Origin: Vicugna vicugna
Taxonomy: Eukaryota
DNA: 64,000 nucleotides
Assembly: GCA_013265495.1 (NCBI GenBank)
Contig: MU058289.1
Location: 1,178,001-1,242,000 of the forward strand
Direction of reading: 5' to 3'
The notes beneath the pieces are model-generated. The model searched no databases. It was not told the origin of the DNA and saw only the letters and a list, made by a program, of their open reading frames with translations. The translations under genes were made by a program, and so were the position numbers. Shown in pieces: positions 28,301 to 42,990 of this stretch; within the stretch, counting starts at the first letter, position 1, and every line of letters begins with the position of its first letter.

Positions 28301-31300
28301 CGCTTCAGTCTCTGACTTTGCCCAGCCCGCCTGAACAGTCACTGGACAAAGACGTGCCTAGGTCAGAACATTCTACTATTGTAAATTTGGGTTGTTTCCT
28401 TTACTTTCTTTTAACTAAAATTTACTTATTTTTTAAAAATTACAAGTAGTATGACTGACTTTTCGTGTAGATGTCGAGTACTTACACGCATAAGATCATT
28501 AGATAATGCTTGCACCTTGGTATATCTCATGACTGTATTTCGTCCCTAGAGCAGCAGTGGGTTTTTTTTTTTTAATATTGTGGCATCAACTGGATTCCTC
28601 TCAAGGCTTAGAATATGTAACAAGGAAGGATTTGCTAGTGCAAAGTATCTTCCCGTTTACATCTTTATTAAGCAATGGCAATTTTTTTTCAAAGTTGTAC
28701 CAATTTGCACTCCTACCATAGCTTGCAGTTACTTTGGTTGGCAACTGTTAGTGCCAGCACTTGATTTTTGTGAAACTTTCAAACTTTGTAACTGTGCTAG
28801 GTGCTAAATTATAACTTCTTGTGGCTTAAATTTGCATTTCTTTTGTTGTTAATAAGATTGGGAATCTTTTCATGTGTCTCTTGGCTTTAGTATTTACTTT
28901 TCTGATATTGCATATCTTTTGGGCAATGTTCTTTTAGAACATTGAAGTACAAGTTACATAGACAAATGCAAGATATTAAAGAGACTAGAATATTAGAATT
29001 TTCCCCCTCAGAATCCTGGGCTTTGAATTGAATTCAGAAACCAAATATGTTTTCTATAGTTTTTGCATACTGTTTCTAGTTGTGAAATTCTTTAATTTTT
29101 TTTCTCCTGGTTGGGATTTGTTGAGCAATTTGAATCTGTGAAGTGGCATCTTCCTGTGCTCAGCAAATTTGTCTTCTCCACATATTGTGTCTTCTCCATT
29201 ATTTCTTTCTCCTTCTTGTGAACTCCAATTAGTTGTTAGGTAGGTCTTGCCACTCTATCCTCCTCTGTAATTTCCATCTTTCAGTCTCTATATTGCACTC
29301 TGGATAATTTATTCTGATTTATCTAGCATTCATGATTCCCTTACAGAGGTGGGTTTTTTTTTTCAGTTTTTCAAAGATTTTTGTAATATGGTAGGCACAG
29401 TTGATTCCTAAAATGCATCTGATAATACCAATAACTGAAGATTTTATGAATCTTTGTAAACATTTTTAAAATTCTTTATACTCAATTTGCTTTGCTTCCT
29501 TTTTTGGTGATTAGCTTTGTGTGTTACTCTGTCCTTGAAAAGGGTTTTACAGGGCTTCCCAATATCCTTGAATGAAAGTACCATTCTTTTCCAGAGATTA
29601 TATAATTTTATTTTCAGACGAGATTTGGGATTACTACCACTCTGGAACCACTTTAAACTAAATTTGAGACATAAAGTCCCAGCTCAGTCCTTCCAGAAAA
29701 TCTTACATACGGATTCTTTATTGTTGCTGCTTTTATTCCTGAGCTTCTTGGAAGAATGATGAAGCCTTCCCATTATGAGTCCTCAGATGTTTGGGACATA
29801 AATTAAGTTCGTAGAGAAGGAGGATTAACGTTAAACGACTAGATGTGACCGGGGGCAGAGGTGAGAAGAACTTTAAATGGAGGGCCAGTCCTTCTGTCTC
29901 AATAGCTATTTCTGGCCAGCGCTTAAAGAACATTACTTCAAAGCTGAAGCCCTAACACCTGAGTGCTCGATGATTTGCATTTTTAATAGAAAAGGTAGAG
30001 GCACAGGCATAATTAAGCCAGTTTTAAACAAATACGCCAGTCATTTGAGAAAGAATATAGGTCCAAAAGAGATCAATAAGGAGACAGGAAAACACTTTAC
30101 ATGCCTTGCTGAACCCACTCCCTTCCACTAGCCCTGAGCTACCTTCTTTCCTTTTTCTATTAGGCAGTATCTACAATAAATGGTTTTGCTATTGGAATTT
30201 AATCTGTTCAAGGGCACATTTTAGAATATGAACTTGGGAGAGGAAAAGCCAGTTCATGTTAATGCTGAGACTGCTCTAAGACTCGGGGTGATAAGGAAGT
30301 TCGAGACTCTAAGCTTTGGGAGACATCAAAACAGCCTATGTATTTGCCATAGTGAAAAACTTCTACAGAGACCTCTTGTAGAAGTCTTTATCCTTGTTCC
30401 TGGCTCATTCTCCATCTATCACTTTGTAATAAGCCTACATATTCCACTGTAGATCAACGTTTTAAATGCAAGAGCCTAGCCTCAGTTCTCCTGTGACTGA
30501 TTTGAAGACCTGTCCATTCCCAACCTGGCCCCAGCCTGACCCCAGAATGCCCAGTGTAGAACCTGTGGAGAGCCTCCAACAAGGCCTTATCATGTTCTCT
30601 CCTTCCGTCCTGGAGGACCTCTGACATCCCGCATCTCTGATTACTTACGTGACTAGTATCAGGTAACACCAGACTGAAGGGTGAACTCAGTAGGAAGTGT
30701 CAGGTGTGCATATGTTTCAATAATAATAGTGGACAGCCTTTGCTTGATAGGTTGGCTTGGTTCCCTGAGGAGAGCTAAGGGCTGGTGTCAAGGAGCCCAT
30801 CTGTGGCCATGATGGGGAGGGGGGTGCCCATCTCACTTCTTTTCCTCCCTCTTGCATCATGGAGGAATTGGAATAAGTCTTGCTTTAGCTCCATAAAAAG
30901 GGACTTCTTTTAGACTTTAAGCCTGAGAATACCCTTGGGGGCTTACTAAGTAAATCAAGTTTTTCCCACTTGTTGATTTTGCATGATTTCTCTTAAAAAT
31001 GGCTTAGGGGAGGTGAACTCCAATACATATGTTAGTCTGGGAAAATAAATGGATGGAGGGAAAGTGTCACTGTGTTTTTACAAAACATCAGTAAACACTA
31101 TTGCAAAATTTAGAAAAAGAAAGTAATATTAACTCATTCCATTTACCTATAGAAAGTGGCTTACGCTAATCTATTGAAAGAAATATATCATTTATTGAAA
31201 AATATAGATTTATGTGTACTCTCATTCATTTTCAGTCAATCGTGAATGTCTTGCAATATTAGCAACATACAGCCTACATTATCATTAGAATGTCCACAAT

Positions 31301-32187
31301 GTTCCATATTAGGAATTGTAACAGTAACAGATTTAAGCACCCTCCCCTTGATGAACATTTGCTTTGTGCTCAAATTTTTACTTAAATTTGTGAAGAATAT
31401 CCTTGTACGTACATTGTTGCATACATATTTGGTTTTTTTAAGTGGTAAATGCCTAGATTCTATATTACATTAATTATATTAAGAAGAATTTGCCCATCTC
31501 TAGGCTTCTTTGATACACACCAACAGAGGGCCCCAAAAAAGGCTATTCTCTTCCATGTTTCATCCTAAGGGGGAAGTCTGGAGTATTTTAGAATCTAGTT
31601 CCAAGAATTCAGGTAACTGGTGAAAGGGTCTACCTGTTTCTGGGACCCCTTTTCGGTATATTCTCTTCCACCCAAACTGTAGGAGGGAAACAGCATGTGG
31701 GGCCTTGGGCTACCTGTACCGAGTGGGGGCTGAGGGCCACAACGACAAATAAGGCTCTTTGCTGTGAGCTGCCAGTGGGTCCCTGCCATTGAAGAAATGT
31801 TCCTGAAGGCAAAACTAAATGCATGAAGGGTTCCCCTGTACATCATTTGAGGCTGTCGTGGTCTGTGCCAGCTAGGGGAGACCGAGGTGTCTTTTGGTTC
31901 GACACATTCCCTAAGCAGGGAAAAGGACAGCCAGAAATTGTCAGGAAGAGTTGAGTATAATGTTCCCAATCTGTGCCCCTGTGAAGCTGCCCTGGTCCAG
32001 GATTTAGAGCACCCCAGTTTGGTTCCACTCTCCTGCCAGCTTAAACTCAATCCAATTTCCAGAGCCCTCTCTGTCACAGCACCTTCATGAGTGTGAAGGA
32101 GGAATCCCAGGAACTTTCTTTTGTCTGCCTTACATCCTCTGTGACAGACATAAAGTTGGTACTCCACAAATGTTTTATGTATCCTGC

Positions 32188-32640
32188 TCTGTTGGTATGT
32201 GTCAGGTTGGTTAGGCTACAGTGCCCAGATGTTTGCTCAAACATCAGTCTAGATGGTTGCAGGGAAGGTATTTTTCAGATGAGTTTAATATTTAACATTA
32301 AATCAGTAGGCTTTGTGTAAAGCAGATTACCCTCCATAATGTGAGTGGGCCTCATCCAGCCAGTCAAATATCTAAAGAGAAAAAGACTGAAATCTTCCGA
32401 GGAAGAAGGAATTCTGCCTTCCGACTGCAACATCAGCTCTCCCCTGGGTCTCCAGCCTGCTGGCAAGAACTCAGACTCACACTTGCCAGCCCCTAACTGT
32501 GTGGGGCTACCCTTTAAAATTAGTATCTCTAACTATCTACACATCTATCTATGTATCTATCTAATCTGTACACACATACATACACAAACAGGCACATCCC
32601 TCGTTGGTTCTGTTTTCTCTGAAGAATCCTGACAAATACA
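32188..32640 (+). mobile_element. MLT2 (ERVL) solo LTR
   Basis: gtaaagcagattaccctccataatgtgagtgggcctcatcc...ttggttctgttttctctgaagaatcctgacaaataca; 5-bp TSD cctgc at 32183-32187 and 32641-32645. Confidence 0.85.
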
Positions 32641-32649
32641 CCTGCCATC

Positions 32650-33880
32650 TCACTGAGCTTATCCTATGGACTGGCACCATGCTCTACAGGTAATTCGAGC
32701 TTTACTGCTCTGAGTCATCGCTATTATAAAATTCTTTCTTAACAGTAATGCTTTATACTGACCCCTAGACAATAATATCCCTAGGAATACATGTACTTCC
32801 TGCAGTTAGCCCTCCTCTCTCTTGAGTCAACATTTTTTTCTGTCTTTACTAGATCTTTCCCATCATCCTTCAGACATGCTTCAGTATTTGGAATAGTTCA
32901 CCTTTTAAAAACCCTCTCTTTTCCCAAAACTCCCTCCAGAAAATGTTCTAGTTCCATTCTCAGTAGAATAGCTTCTTGGAAATGTTTTCGCTATTATGTT
33001 TCTTTAATTTTCACTTCACTGTCTCTCCATAACTATGTCATATCAGAGAACATTCCTGTTGTTTTCCGGGGTCTGCTTTTCTCTAGGTCAGAGTGATCTG
33101 CATGTTGCTAAATCTGAGAGTCACTCTTTGGTTACTGCGTTTCTTGACCTCTTAGCATTTGGCACAATTGACAACCTCCTCCATATTCAGACAGTCTCTT
33201 CTCTTGGTTCTATGACGTCACATTTTTCTTAATGTTTATTTCAATGGCTGCTGCTTCTCAGTTTCCTTTGCTAGTTCTCCATCTCTTCTTTGATCTCTAA
33301 ATGTTAAAGGGACCCACGACCACAGTTGGCCTCAGTTTTCCACATCTCCTTCATGTTTTCCCTTTTGAATTTCCACGTGTTTATAAATCATCTTTTAAAA
33401 AAGACTCCCAAGTCTTTATCCATAGCCCAGCCTTGCCTCTCCCTGGAACCCTCTGTCCCTATGTCCAGCCCTTTAGCTCCCAGGTCATTTTGGTTGTTCA
33501 TTGGCAATTCACACTCCACATGCTTCATGGGGCCCACATAGGCAAGTCTTGACTGTCTCCTTATCTCCTCCTCTTTCAAGCCCCATATTAGGAAATGGAA
33601 TCACCATCTACGTATCAGATAAAGCTGAACGTCCAGACATTTTCCCGTATTCCTCTTTTGTCCTCACTTACCCTCCCCACGCATTCATTCCAGCAGACAG
33701 TGTTGTTTTCAATGCCACCTCAACAGGATGGGTCATCAGCCTTCATTTATTCACATCCAGTTCTCACCGGAAGATCTGCAGGGGCTGCTTAACCCATTTC
33801 TATGCTTTCATACTTGCATCCATCCAGTCCACTCTCTATACAGAAATTAGATAGTTTTTAACCTGCATAAATAGAATTCC
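32650..33880 (+). mobile_element. L2 LINE ORF2 fragment
   Basis: cttgacctcttagcatttggcacaattgac, ctgctgcttctcagtttcctttgct, gactcccaagtctttatc. Confidence 0.7.
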
Positions 33881-34033
33881 ATTTTGCTACATCTTTTAAG
33901 GTCTTCTGGAGACACAAGAGTGAAGTCATATTTGTCTTTCTCCATCTCTGTTTACTTAACATAATACCTGTAAGGTCCATCCATGATATTGCAAATGGCA
34001 AGATTCCATCTTTTTGTGGCTGAGTAGTATTCC

Positions 34034-34083
<50 letters not shown>

Positions 34084-35765
34084 TGTCACACCCTCTTTAT
34101 CCATTCATCTTTGATGGGCACTTACACTGTTTCCACGTCTTGGCTATTGTAAATAATGCTGCAATGAACATAGGAATGCAAATGTCTTTTTGCATTAGTG
34201 AAATAAATGGATCATATGGTAGTTCTTTTCTCGATATTTTGAGGAATTTCCATACTATCTTCTATAGTGTCTGCACCAATTTACATTCCCACTAACAGTT
34301 CATGACGTCTCCCCTTTCTGCATTATCCTCACCAACACGTGATATTTCTTGCCTATTTGATAATAGTCATTTGGACAAGTGTAAGGTGATATCTCATTGT
34401 CATTTTGATTTGCATTTCCCTGGTGATTAGCAGTGTTGAGCATCTTTTCACGTGCCTGTTGGTCAACTGAACATCTTGTTTGGAAAAATGTTTAATCAGC
34501 TTCTCTGCCCATTTTTTAATTGAGTTGTTTATTTTGTTGTTGAGTTGTATGATTTACTTATATATTTTATATTAACTTCTTACTGATATATCATTCATAA
34601 ATATCTTCTCCCATTTGGTATGTTGTCTTTTAGTTTTATTGGTAGTTTCTTTTGCTGTGAAGAAGCTTTTTAGTTTGATGTAGTCCCACTTGTTTATTTT
34701 TGCTTTTGTTTCCCTTGCCTGAGGAGACATATCTAGAAAAGTATTGCTAAGATCAGTGTCAAAGAGTGTACTGCCTGTGTTTTCTTCTAGGAGTTTTATA
34801 GTTTCAGGTCTTACATTCAAGTCTTTAATCTATTTTGAGTTAACTTTTGTGTATGGTGCGAGACAGTAGTCTAGTTCCATTTTTTTTGCATATGGCTGTC
34901 CATTTTTCCCAATATCACTTACTAAAGAGACTTTTCCTTTCTCCATTGTGTGTTCTTTGCTCTTTGTCTTAAATTAATTGTCCATATATGTGTGGGTTTA
35001 TTTCTGGGCTCTCAGTTCTGTCCCATTGATCTATGTTATGTTTCTGTTCTTCTGCCACTACCATGCTGTTTTACTATTGGTTTGTAATATAGTTTGAAAT
35101 CAAGGTGTGTAATACCTTGAGCTTTGTTCTTTTCTCAGTATTGCTTTGGTTATTGGGGGCCGTTTGTGGGTCCATAAAAATTTTAGAATTTTTTTGTTAT
35201 ATTTCTGTAAAAAAGTCCTTGGGGTTTTGATGGAAATTGCATTGAGTCTGTAGATTGCTTCAGGTAATAAGGACATTCTGACAATGTTAATTCTTCCAAT
35301 CCATGAGCATAGACTATCTTTCCATTTACTTGTGCCTTCTACACAGACTTCTGATTTTTTTTTCAATTTTATTCCTGTAATTGATTTCTAGTTTCCTTAC
35401 ATTGTGATTGGAAAGGATACTTGATATGATTTCAATCTTCAATTTATTGAGACAGCTTTTGTGTCCCAACACTGGTCTATTCTTGAGAACGTTTCATCTG
35501 CACTTGAGAAGAATGTGTATTCTGCTGCATTTGGATGGAATGTTCTGTAAAAATCTATCAGATCCATCTGGTCTAATGTTACATTTAAGACTACTGATCT
35601 CTTGACTTTCTGTCTGATGATGTATCCACTGATGTATGTTGAGGGGGTAGTTAAAGTCCCCTACTATTATTGTGTTGCTGTCAGTTTCTTTAGCTCTGTT
35701 AATAATTGTTTTATATATTTTTGTGCTGCTGTGTTAGGTGTATATATATTTATCACTGTTCTGTC
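33880..35765 (-). mobile_element. L1 fragments (3' UTR, ORF2 C-terminus, and an endonuclease-region fragment)
   Basis: Minus ORFs 34572..34820 ([15 protein letters not shown]), 35100..35366 ([15 protein letters not shown]), 35667..35858 (TVINIYTPNTAAQKYIKQLL). Confidence 0.85.
34037..34086 (+). repeat. (TG)n microsatellite within L1 3' UTR
   Basis: About 25 TG units with one interruption. Confidence 0.95.
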
Positions 35766-35814
35766 TATTTTTAAGTGGCAAAAGGGTTTTTTTAAGTGGC
35801 AAAAGGGTTTGAAG

Positions 35815-38800
35815 ATTTTATTTTTTCCAGTTTTATCGAGATATAGTTGACATACCACACTCTATAAGTTTAAGGTGTACAACATAATGATTTGACTTAT
35901 AAACATAATGAAATGATTACCCTAACAGGTTTAGTGAACATGCATCATCTCATTAAAGAAATAGAAAATAAAATATTTTTTCCTTTGATGAGCACTCTTA
36001 GGATTTATTCTCTTAAACTTTCAGGTACAATGTACAGCAGTGTTAATTATCTTTATCATGTTGTATATTACATCCTTAGTAATTGTTAATCTTATAACTG
36101 GAAGTTTGTACTTTTTTACTATCTTCATCTAATGCCCCCTCCACCAGCCTCTGGTAGGCACAAATATGATCTCTTTTTCTATGCGTTTGTTTTTGAAGTT
36201 TAATTGACCTGTAAAACTATGTTAGTTCCTGGTATTCAGCATAGTGATTTGATATTTCTATATATTTCAAAATTATCACCATGATAACGCTAGTTGTAAT
36301 CTGTCACCATACAAAGATACTACATAATTATTGACTATATTCCCCACACTGTACATTTCATACCTGTGACTCACTAATTTTGTAACTGAACATTAGTTCC
36401 TTTTAATCTCACTCATCTATTTCTCTGTTCCCCCCAGCTTTCTCCACACTGGCAACCACCTGTTTCTTTTCTGTATCTCTGACTCTATTTCATTATGTTT
36501 GTTCATTTGTTTTGTTTTTTAAGATTCTACATATAGCTGAAATCATGTACTATCTGTCTTTCTCTATTTGACTTATGTCACTTAGCATAATACACTCTAG
36601 GTCCATCCATGTTGTCACAAGTGAGAAGATTTAATTCATTTTTATGGATGAGTAATATTCCATTGTATATATACATATGTATATATGCATATACTACATC
36701 TCCTTCATCCATTTATCTATTGATGGGCACTTGGGATGCTTCTGTATCTTGGCTCTTGTAAATAAGGCTGCAATGAATATAGGGATTCATATATCTTTTC
36801 CAATTTGTGTTTTCATTTTTCAGATAAATATCCAGAAGTGGAATTCCTGGATCATTTGGTAGTTTTACTTTTAATTTCTTGTGAATCTCCATACTGTTTT
36901 CTATATTGACTGCACCAATTTACATTCCTAGCAACAGTGCATGAAGATTCCCTTTTCTCCACATCCTTGCCAACACTTGTTATTTCTTGTCTTTTTGATA
37001 ATAGCCATTCTGACAGGTATGAGGTGATATCTCATTGTGCTTTTAATTTACATTTCCCTGATGATTGGTGATGTTGAGCATTTCATAATGTGCCTGTTGT
37101 CCATCTGTATGTCTTCTTTGGAAAAATGCCTGATTAGCTCCTCTGCCTGTTTTCTGAGTTTTGTTTGTTTGTTTGTTTTTGAGTTATATGAATTCCTATA
37201 TGTTTTAGGTATTAACCTCTCTTCAGAAATATCACTTGCAAATGTCCTCTCCCATTCACTAGATCGCCTTTTAGTTTTACTGCTGGTTGCCTTTGCTGTG
37301 CAAAAGCTTTTGAATTTTATATAGTCCAATTTGTTTATTTTTGCTTTTGTTTCCCTTGCCTGAGGAAACATATCCAAAAAATTTTTTTTACTAAGACTAA
37401 AATCAAAAAGCATACTGCGTGTGTTTTCTTGTGAAAGTTTATGGTTTCAGATCTTACATTCGAGTCTTTAATCAATTTTAAATTTATTTTTAAATAGTGT
37501 AATAAATTAGTCCAGTTTGATTCTTTTGCATGTATATGTCTAGTTGTCCTAACACCACTTATTGAAGAGGCTGTCTCTTTCCCATTGTATACTCTTGCCT
37601 CCTTTGTCATTCATTAATTGTCCATATAAGTGTAAGTTTATTTCTGGGATCTCTTTTCTGTTTCATTGCCCTCTGTGTCTGTTTTTGTGCCAGTATCATA
37701 CTGTTTAGACTACTGTAGCTTCGTAGTGTAGTTTGAAATCAGGAAGCTTGACACCTCCAGCTTTGTCCTTGTTTCTTAAGATTGTTTTGGCTATTTGAAG
37801 TCTTTTGTGTTTCCATACAATTTTAGAATATTTTGTTCTAGTTCTGTGAAAATACCATTGGTATTTTGAAAGGGATTGCATTCTGTCTGTATATTATGTT
37901 GATAGTATGGTCATTTAAGCAATATTAATTCTTCTAATCCATAAGCATGGTATATCTTTATATATGCATTGGCAATTTAAATTTCTTTTGTCAGTGTCTC
38001 ATTGTTTTCTGAGTACTGGTCTTTTTCCTCCTTAGATTTATTATGAGTTATTTTATTCTTTTTGATGCGATTGTGAATGGTATTGTTTTCTTCATTTCTC
38101 CTTTTGATAGTTCATTGTTAGTGTATAGAAATGCAATTGTTTTCTGTATATTAAGTTTGCATACTGAAACTTCACTGAATTCATTGAGGAGTTCTAGTAG
38201 TTTTTTGGTGGCATCTTTAGGATTTTTTATGTATAGGATTGTGTCATCTGCAAGCAGTGACTGTTTTATTCTTCCTTTCCAGTCTGAATTTCTTTTATTT
38301 CTTTTTCTTGTCTGATTACCATGGCTAGAACTTCCCATTGTATGATGAATAAAAGTGACCAGAGTGGGCATTCTTGTCTTGTCCTGCTCTTACAGGAAAT
38401 GTTTTCAGCTTTTCACCACTGAGTATGGTGTTAACTGTGGGCTTGTCATATATGGGCCTTATTATTTTAAGGTATGTTTCCTATATACCAGTTTTGGGAG
38501 CTTTTTTTTTTATCGTAAATTGATGTTTTATCATAATAGCTTTTCCTACATCTAATGGAATTGTCATATGGTTTTATTCAATTTATTAATGTGGTGTACC
38601 ATATTGATTGATTTGTAGATTTTGAACCATCCTTGCATCCCTGGGATAAATCTGAGTTAATCATGGTGAATGATCCTTTAATGTATTGTTGGATTCGATT
38701 TGCTAATATTTTGTTAAGGGTTTTTATATCTCTGTTCATCAGTGATATTGGCCTGTAATTTTCTCTTTTTTTGTCATATTTTTGTCTGGTTTTGGTATCA

Positions 38801-41800
38801 GAGTGATCCTGGCCTTGTAGAATGAGTTCAGAAATGTTCTTCTCTCTGCAATGCTTTGGAATATTTTGAGAATTATAGGTGTTAACTGCTCTCTAAATGT
38901 TTAGTAGAATTCACCTGTGAAGCCATGTGGAACTGGACTTGTCTCTTGGGATTTGTTTTAGTACTGATTCAATCTCATTACTGGTAGTTGGTTCTTTCTT
39001 ATTTTCTATTTCTTCCTGATTCAGTCTTCAGAGATTGTAGATTTCTAGGAATTTGTCCATTTCTTTTAGGTTGTACATTTTATTGGCGTATCACTGTAGT
39101 ATCTAAATGTAAAAATGTAGTAATCTCTTGTGAGCCCTTGGATTACTTTGGTGTCATTTGTAACTTCTCCTTTTTCACTTCTGATTTTGTTTATTTGTTC
39201 CCTCTTTCATTTTTTCTTGATGAGGCTGGCTAAAGGTTTATCAATTTTGTTATCTTTTCAAAGAATAAGCTGTTAGTTTCAATGATCTGTTCTATCAAGG
39301 TTTCTATTTATTTATTTATTTGTTTGTTTATTGAATCTATCGAGGATTTTTTGACCATCTATTTTATTTATTTCTGTTCTGAGCATTATGATTTCTTTCC
39401 TTCTACTGACTGTGTTTTCTCTGTTCTTATTTTTCTAATTCCATTAAGGGTAAGGTTAGGTTGTCTATTTGAGATTTTTCTTCTTTCCTGAGCTAAGTTT
39501 GTATCACAGTGAATTTCCCTCTTAGAATTCCTTTTGTTGTGTCCCATAGATTTTAGAATTTTATGTCTTCATTTTTCTTGTCTCCAGGTATTTTTAAATT
39601 TCCTCTGATTTTTTCAGTAACCCATTGGGTGCTTATTAGCATATTTTTAAACCTCCACATGTTTTTGCTTTTGTTTTGTTTTGTTTTCTTTTCTTTTCTT
39701 GTAGTTGATTTCTAGTACCATACTATCATGGTTGGAAAAGATACTTGATATCATTTCAAGTTTCTTAAACTTATCGAGGCTTGTTTTGTGCCATAGCATG
39801 TGATCTACCCTGGAGAAGGTTCCATGAGCATTTGAAAGAAATGTGTATTCTTCTGCTTTTAGAATGTTCTCTATACATTATTAAGTTCATCTTATCTAAG
39901 ATGTCATTTAAGGCCAGTGTTTCTTTATTGACTTTTCTGTCTGGATGACCTGTCCATTGACACAAGTGGAGTGTTAAAGTCCCCTATTTTTATTATGTTA
40001 CTGTTGATTTCTCCCTTTATGTCTCTTAATGTTTTCTTTATGTACTTAGATTCTCCAAAGTCCAGTGCATATGTATTTACAAGTGTTACATCTTCTTCCT
40101 GGATTGCTCCCTTGATCACTATGTAATGTCCTTTTTGTCTTTGTACAGTCTTTATTTTAAAATCTTTTTTGTCTGATATAAGTATTGCTACCTTGGCTTT
40201 CTTTTAATTTCCATTTGCATAGAATACCTTTTTCTATCCCCTCACTTTCAGTATGTGTGTGTGCCTTAGATCTGAAAGCAAGGCTCTTGTAGACAGCTTA
40301 TATATAGATATTGGTTTTGTATCCATGCAGCCACGTTGTGTCTTTTGATTGGAGAATTTAGTCCATTTACATTTAAAATAATTATTGATAGGTATGTACT
40401 CTTTACCATTTTGTTGTTTTGGGGTTGTTTTTGTAGTTCTTTTTTGTTTCTTTCTTCTTTTGTCCTATACCCTTGTGCTTTGATGACTACCTTTAGTGTT
40501 ATGTTTGTATTACTTTCTTTTTTCTGTGTGTCTATTAACAGATTTTTGGTTTGTGGTTACTGTGAAGTTTATATATAGTGATCTAGATCTGGAGCTAGAT
40601 CCATGATTATTTTAAGTTGCTGTTCTCTTAAATTCAAATGCATTTTTAACAACCCTGCATTTTTGCTGCCCCCCCAACTTTTAATGTTTTTACATTATAT
40701 TTTACATCTTTTGGGGTTTTATATCCCTTGACTACTTATTGTGGACATAGATTATTTTACTATTTGTGTCTTTTACCTTCCTACTAGGTTTATATATAGT
40801 GGATTTATTATCTTTACCATATATTTGCCTTTACAATGAGATTTTTCCTTTTTGTAATTTTCATGTTTCTAGTTGTGACCATTTCTTTATCACTTAAAGA
40901 AGTCCCTTTAATCTTTCTTGTAAAGCTGGTTTAGTGGTGCTGAACTCTTTCAGCTTTTGCTTCTCTGTAAAACTGTTTATCTCTCCATCAAATCTGAATG
41001 AAAGCCTTGCCGGGTACAGTATTCTTGTTAATAGGTTTCCCCTTTTGTCACTTTAACATATTGTGCCACTCCCTTCTGACCTGCAGAATTTCTGCTGAAA
41101 AATCAGTTGATAGCATTATGGGAGTTTATTTGTATGTAATTTGTTGCTTTTCCCTTGGCGCTTTTAACATTTTCTCTTTATCTTTAATTTTTGCCATTTA
41201 ATTACAGTGTGTCTTGGTGTGGTCCTCTTTGGGTTGATCCCATTTGGAACTTTCTGTGTTTCCTAAGCCTGGATGTCTGTTTCCTTTCCTAGGTTAGGGA
41301 AGTTTTTAGCTATTATGTCTTCAAATATATTCTCTGCCCCTTTTTCTTTCTCTTTTCCTCTGAAACTTCTATAATGCAAATGTTAGTACACTTGATGTTG
41401 TTCCAGAGATCTTTTAAACTATCCTCATTTCTTTTTATTCTTTTCTTTTTCTGTTCAGCTTCAGTGATTTCCACTACTCTGTCTTCCATCTCACTGATCT
41501 GTTCCTCTGTATTATTTAATCTACTGTTAATTCCTTCTAGTGTATTTTTGTTACAGTTATTGTATTCCTCATCTCTGTTTGATTCTTCTTTATATTTTTT
41601 AACTCTTTCTTAAAACCAAACTTCTCACTCTTTATCCAATCTTCTCCAAGTTCTTTAAACATGTTTATGATCATTACCTTGAACTCTCTGTTCAGTTCAC
41701 TTTCACTTAGTTCTTCATTTCACTTAGTCTTCTGGGGTTTTACTTTGTTCCTTTGTTTTGAACATATTCTGTCACCTCATTTTTGCCTAATTTGCTATTT

Positions 41801-42990
41801 TTATTTCTATTTATGTGGTAGATTGGTTACATTTCCCAACCTTGGATAAGTAGCATTTTGTAGGAGGTGCCCTGTGCTTCCCAGCAGTGCAATCTCCTCT
41901 GATCACCAAAGCTATATGCTCTATGGGAACTCCTTATGTGGGCTGCATGGGTCCTTCTATTTTGTTGCACTGACTACTGTGGGCAGTCTGGTGGGCACGG
42001 ATGGCTTCTGGTCTGGTTAGAAACTTGTTTGTAGGTTTCTAGCCACTGATACCAGGGGCCTGGTCATGAGGCTTTTGGCCACTCAGCCCTGGGTTGGGGG
42101 GTCCTGGGGCTAGTGTTGGCCCACTGGTTGGCAAAGCTAGGTTCTGTAGTGTGTGGTTGTGGGGCTTGAGGTCCCAGATCTAGTGTTTGCTTGATAGTGG
42201 GCAGGGCAGTTCCTTGTATGGCTGGCTTTAGGGTCTGAAGTGTCCCAAAGCTAGTTTTGGCCCAGGTGAATGGGGCTGGACCTCAGGGCAGCTTCCTGAG
42301 GGGCCCAGGGTGTCTTGAAGCTGGTATTAGCTCCTAGTAGTGTGTGGGGCTGGGGCCTAGAGGGTCCCAGGGCTAGGGTCAGCTCACTTGTGGGCAGAGC
42401 TACATTCCTGGGCCTCTGGTTACAGGGCCCTGGGGGAGCCTGGAACTGGATTTGCCCCCTGCTGGGTGGGCTTGATCCAAGGGTGGTTGGCTGAGGGGAC
42501 CAAGGTGTCCCAGAGTGAGTACTGGCCTTCTGGTGGGCAGGGCCAGGGTCCAGGGGGTCATGGGGCTGATGCCAGCCTGTTCATGGGTGGGTTGGATTCT
42601 GACATGTCAGGCTATGGGGCTTCAGTGGTCCTGGGGCTGGTGTCTGCCCATTGCTGGGCAGGGCATTGGTCCAGGGGATCCTGAGGCTTGTGCCTACCCA
42701 GTGGTGTGTGAGGCTAGGTCCTGGAGCTAATGCCAGCCCACTGGTGGGCAGAGCCAGGTCCTGAGGGGGAGCTCTTGCTGCAGGGCCCTGGGGTCTTTAG
42801 TTGGTGTTTTGGCCTGTGGGTAGGTGGGGTCAGGGCCCAGGGGGTCCTGGGGCTCGTGCCCGAACACTGGTGGGTGAAGCTGGTCCACTGGTGGGCTGAG
42901 CTGAGTCTCAGTGTCACTGGCTGCCAGGCCCTGGGGTTTCTGGGACTAGTGTCAGTGCACTGGTGTTGGGGCCAGGTCCTAGGCCCTCTG
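35815..42990 (-). mobile_element. Near full-length (~7.2 kb) decayed L1: 3' UTR, ORF2 (RT, EN), ORF1 and GC-rich tandemly repetitive 5' UTR
   Basis: RT fragment SLLADDTILYIKNPK (38048..38371), EN fragment IKGAIQEEDVT...GDFNTPL (39925..40119), ORF1-like text about 40860-41700, repeated gggtcctggggctggtg...cccactggtgggc units 41850-42990; many stops and frameshifts. Confidence 0.85.

Noticed and set aside
27133..28449. Several 115-163 aa ORFs on both strands
   Set aside because: Arg/Pro/Gly-rich ORFs expected by chance in a CpG island; no recognisable domain.
29700..30700. Possible additional LTR-like sequence
   Set aside because: No termini, TSD or family text I could identify with confidence.
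31595..32167. 190-aa minus-strand ORF
   Set aside because: No recognisable homology, splice context or codon signal; I could not assign it.
35815..42990. Active L1
   Set aside because: ORF1 and ORF2 are fragmented by many stops and frameshifts.
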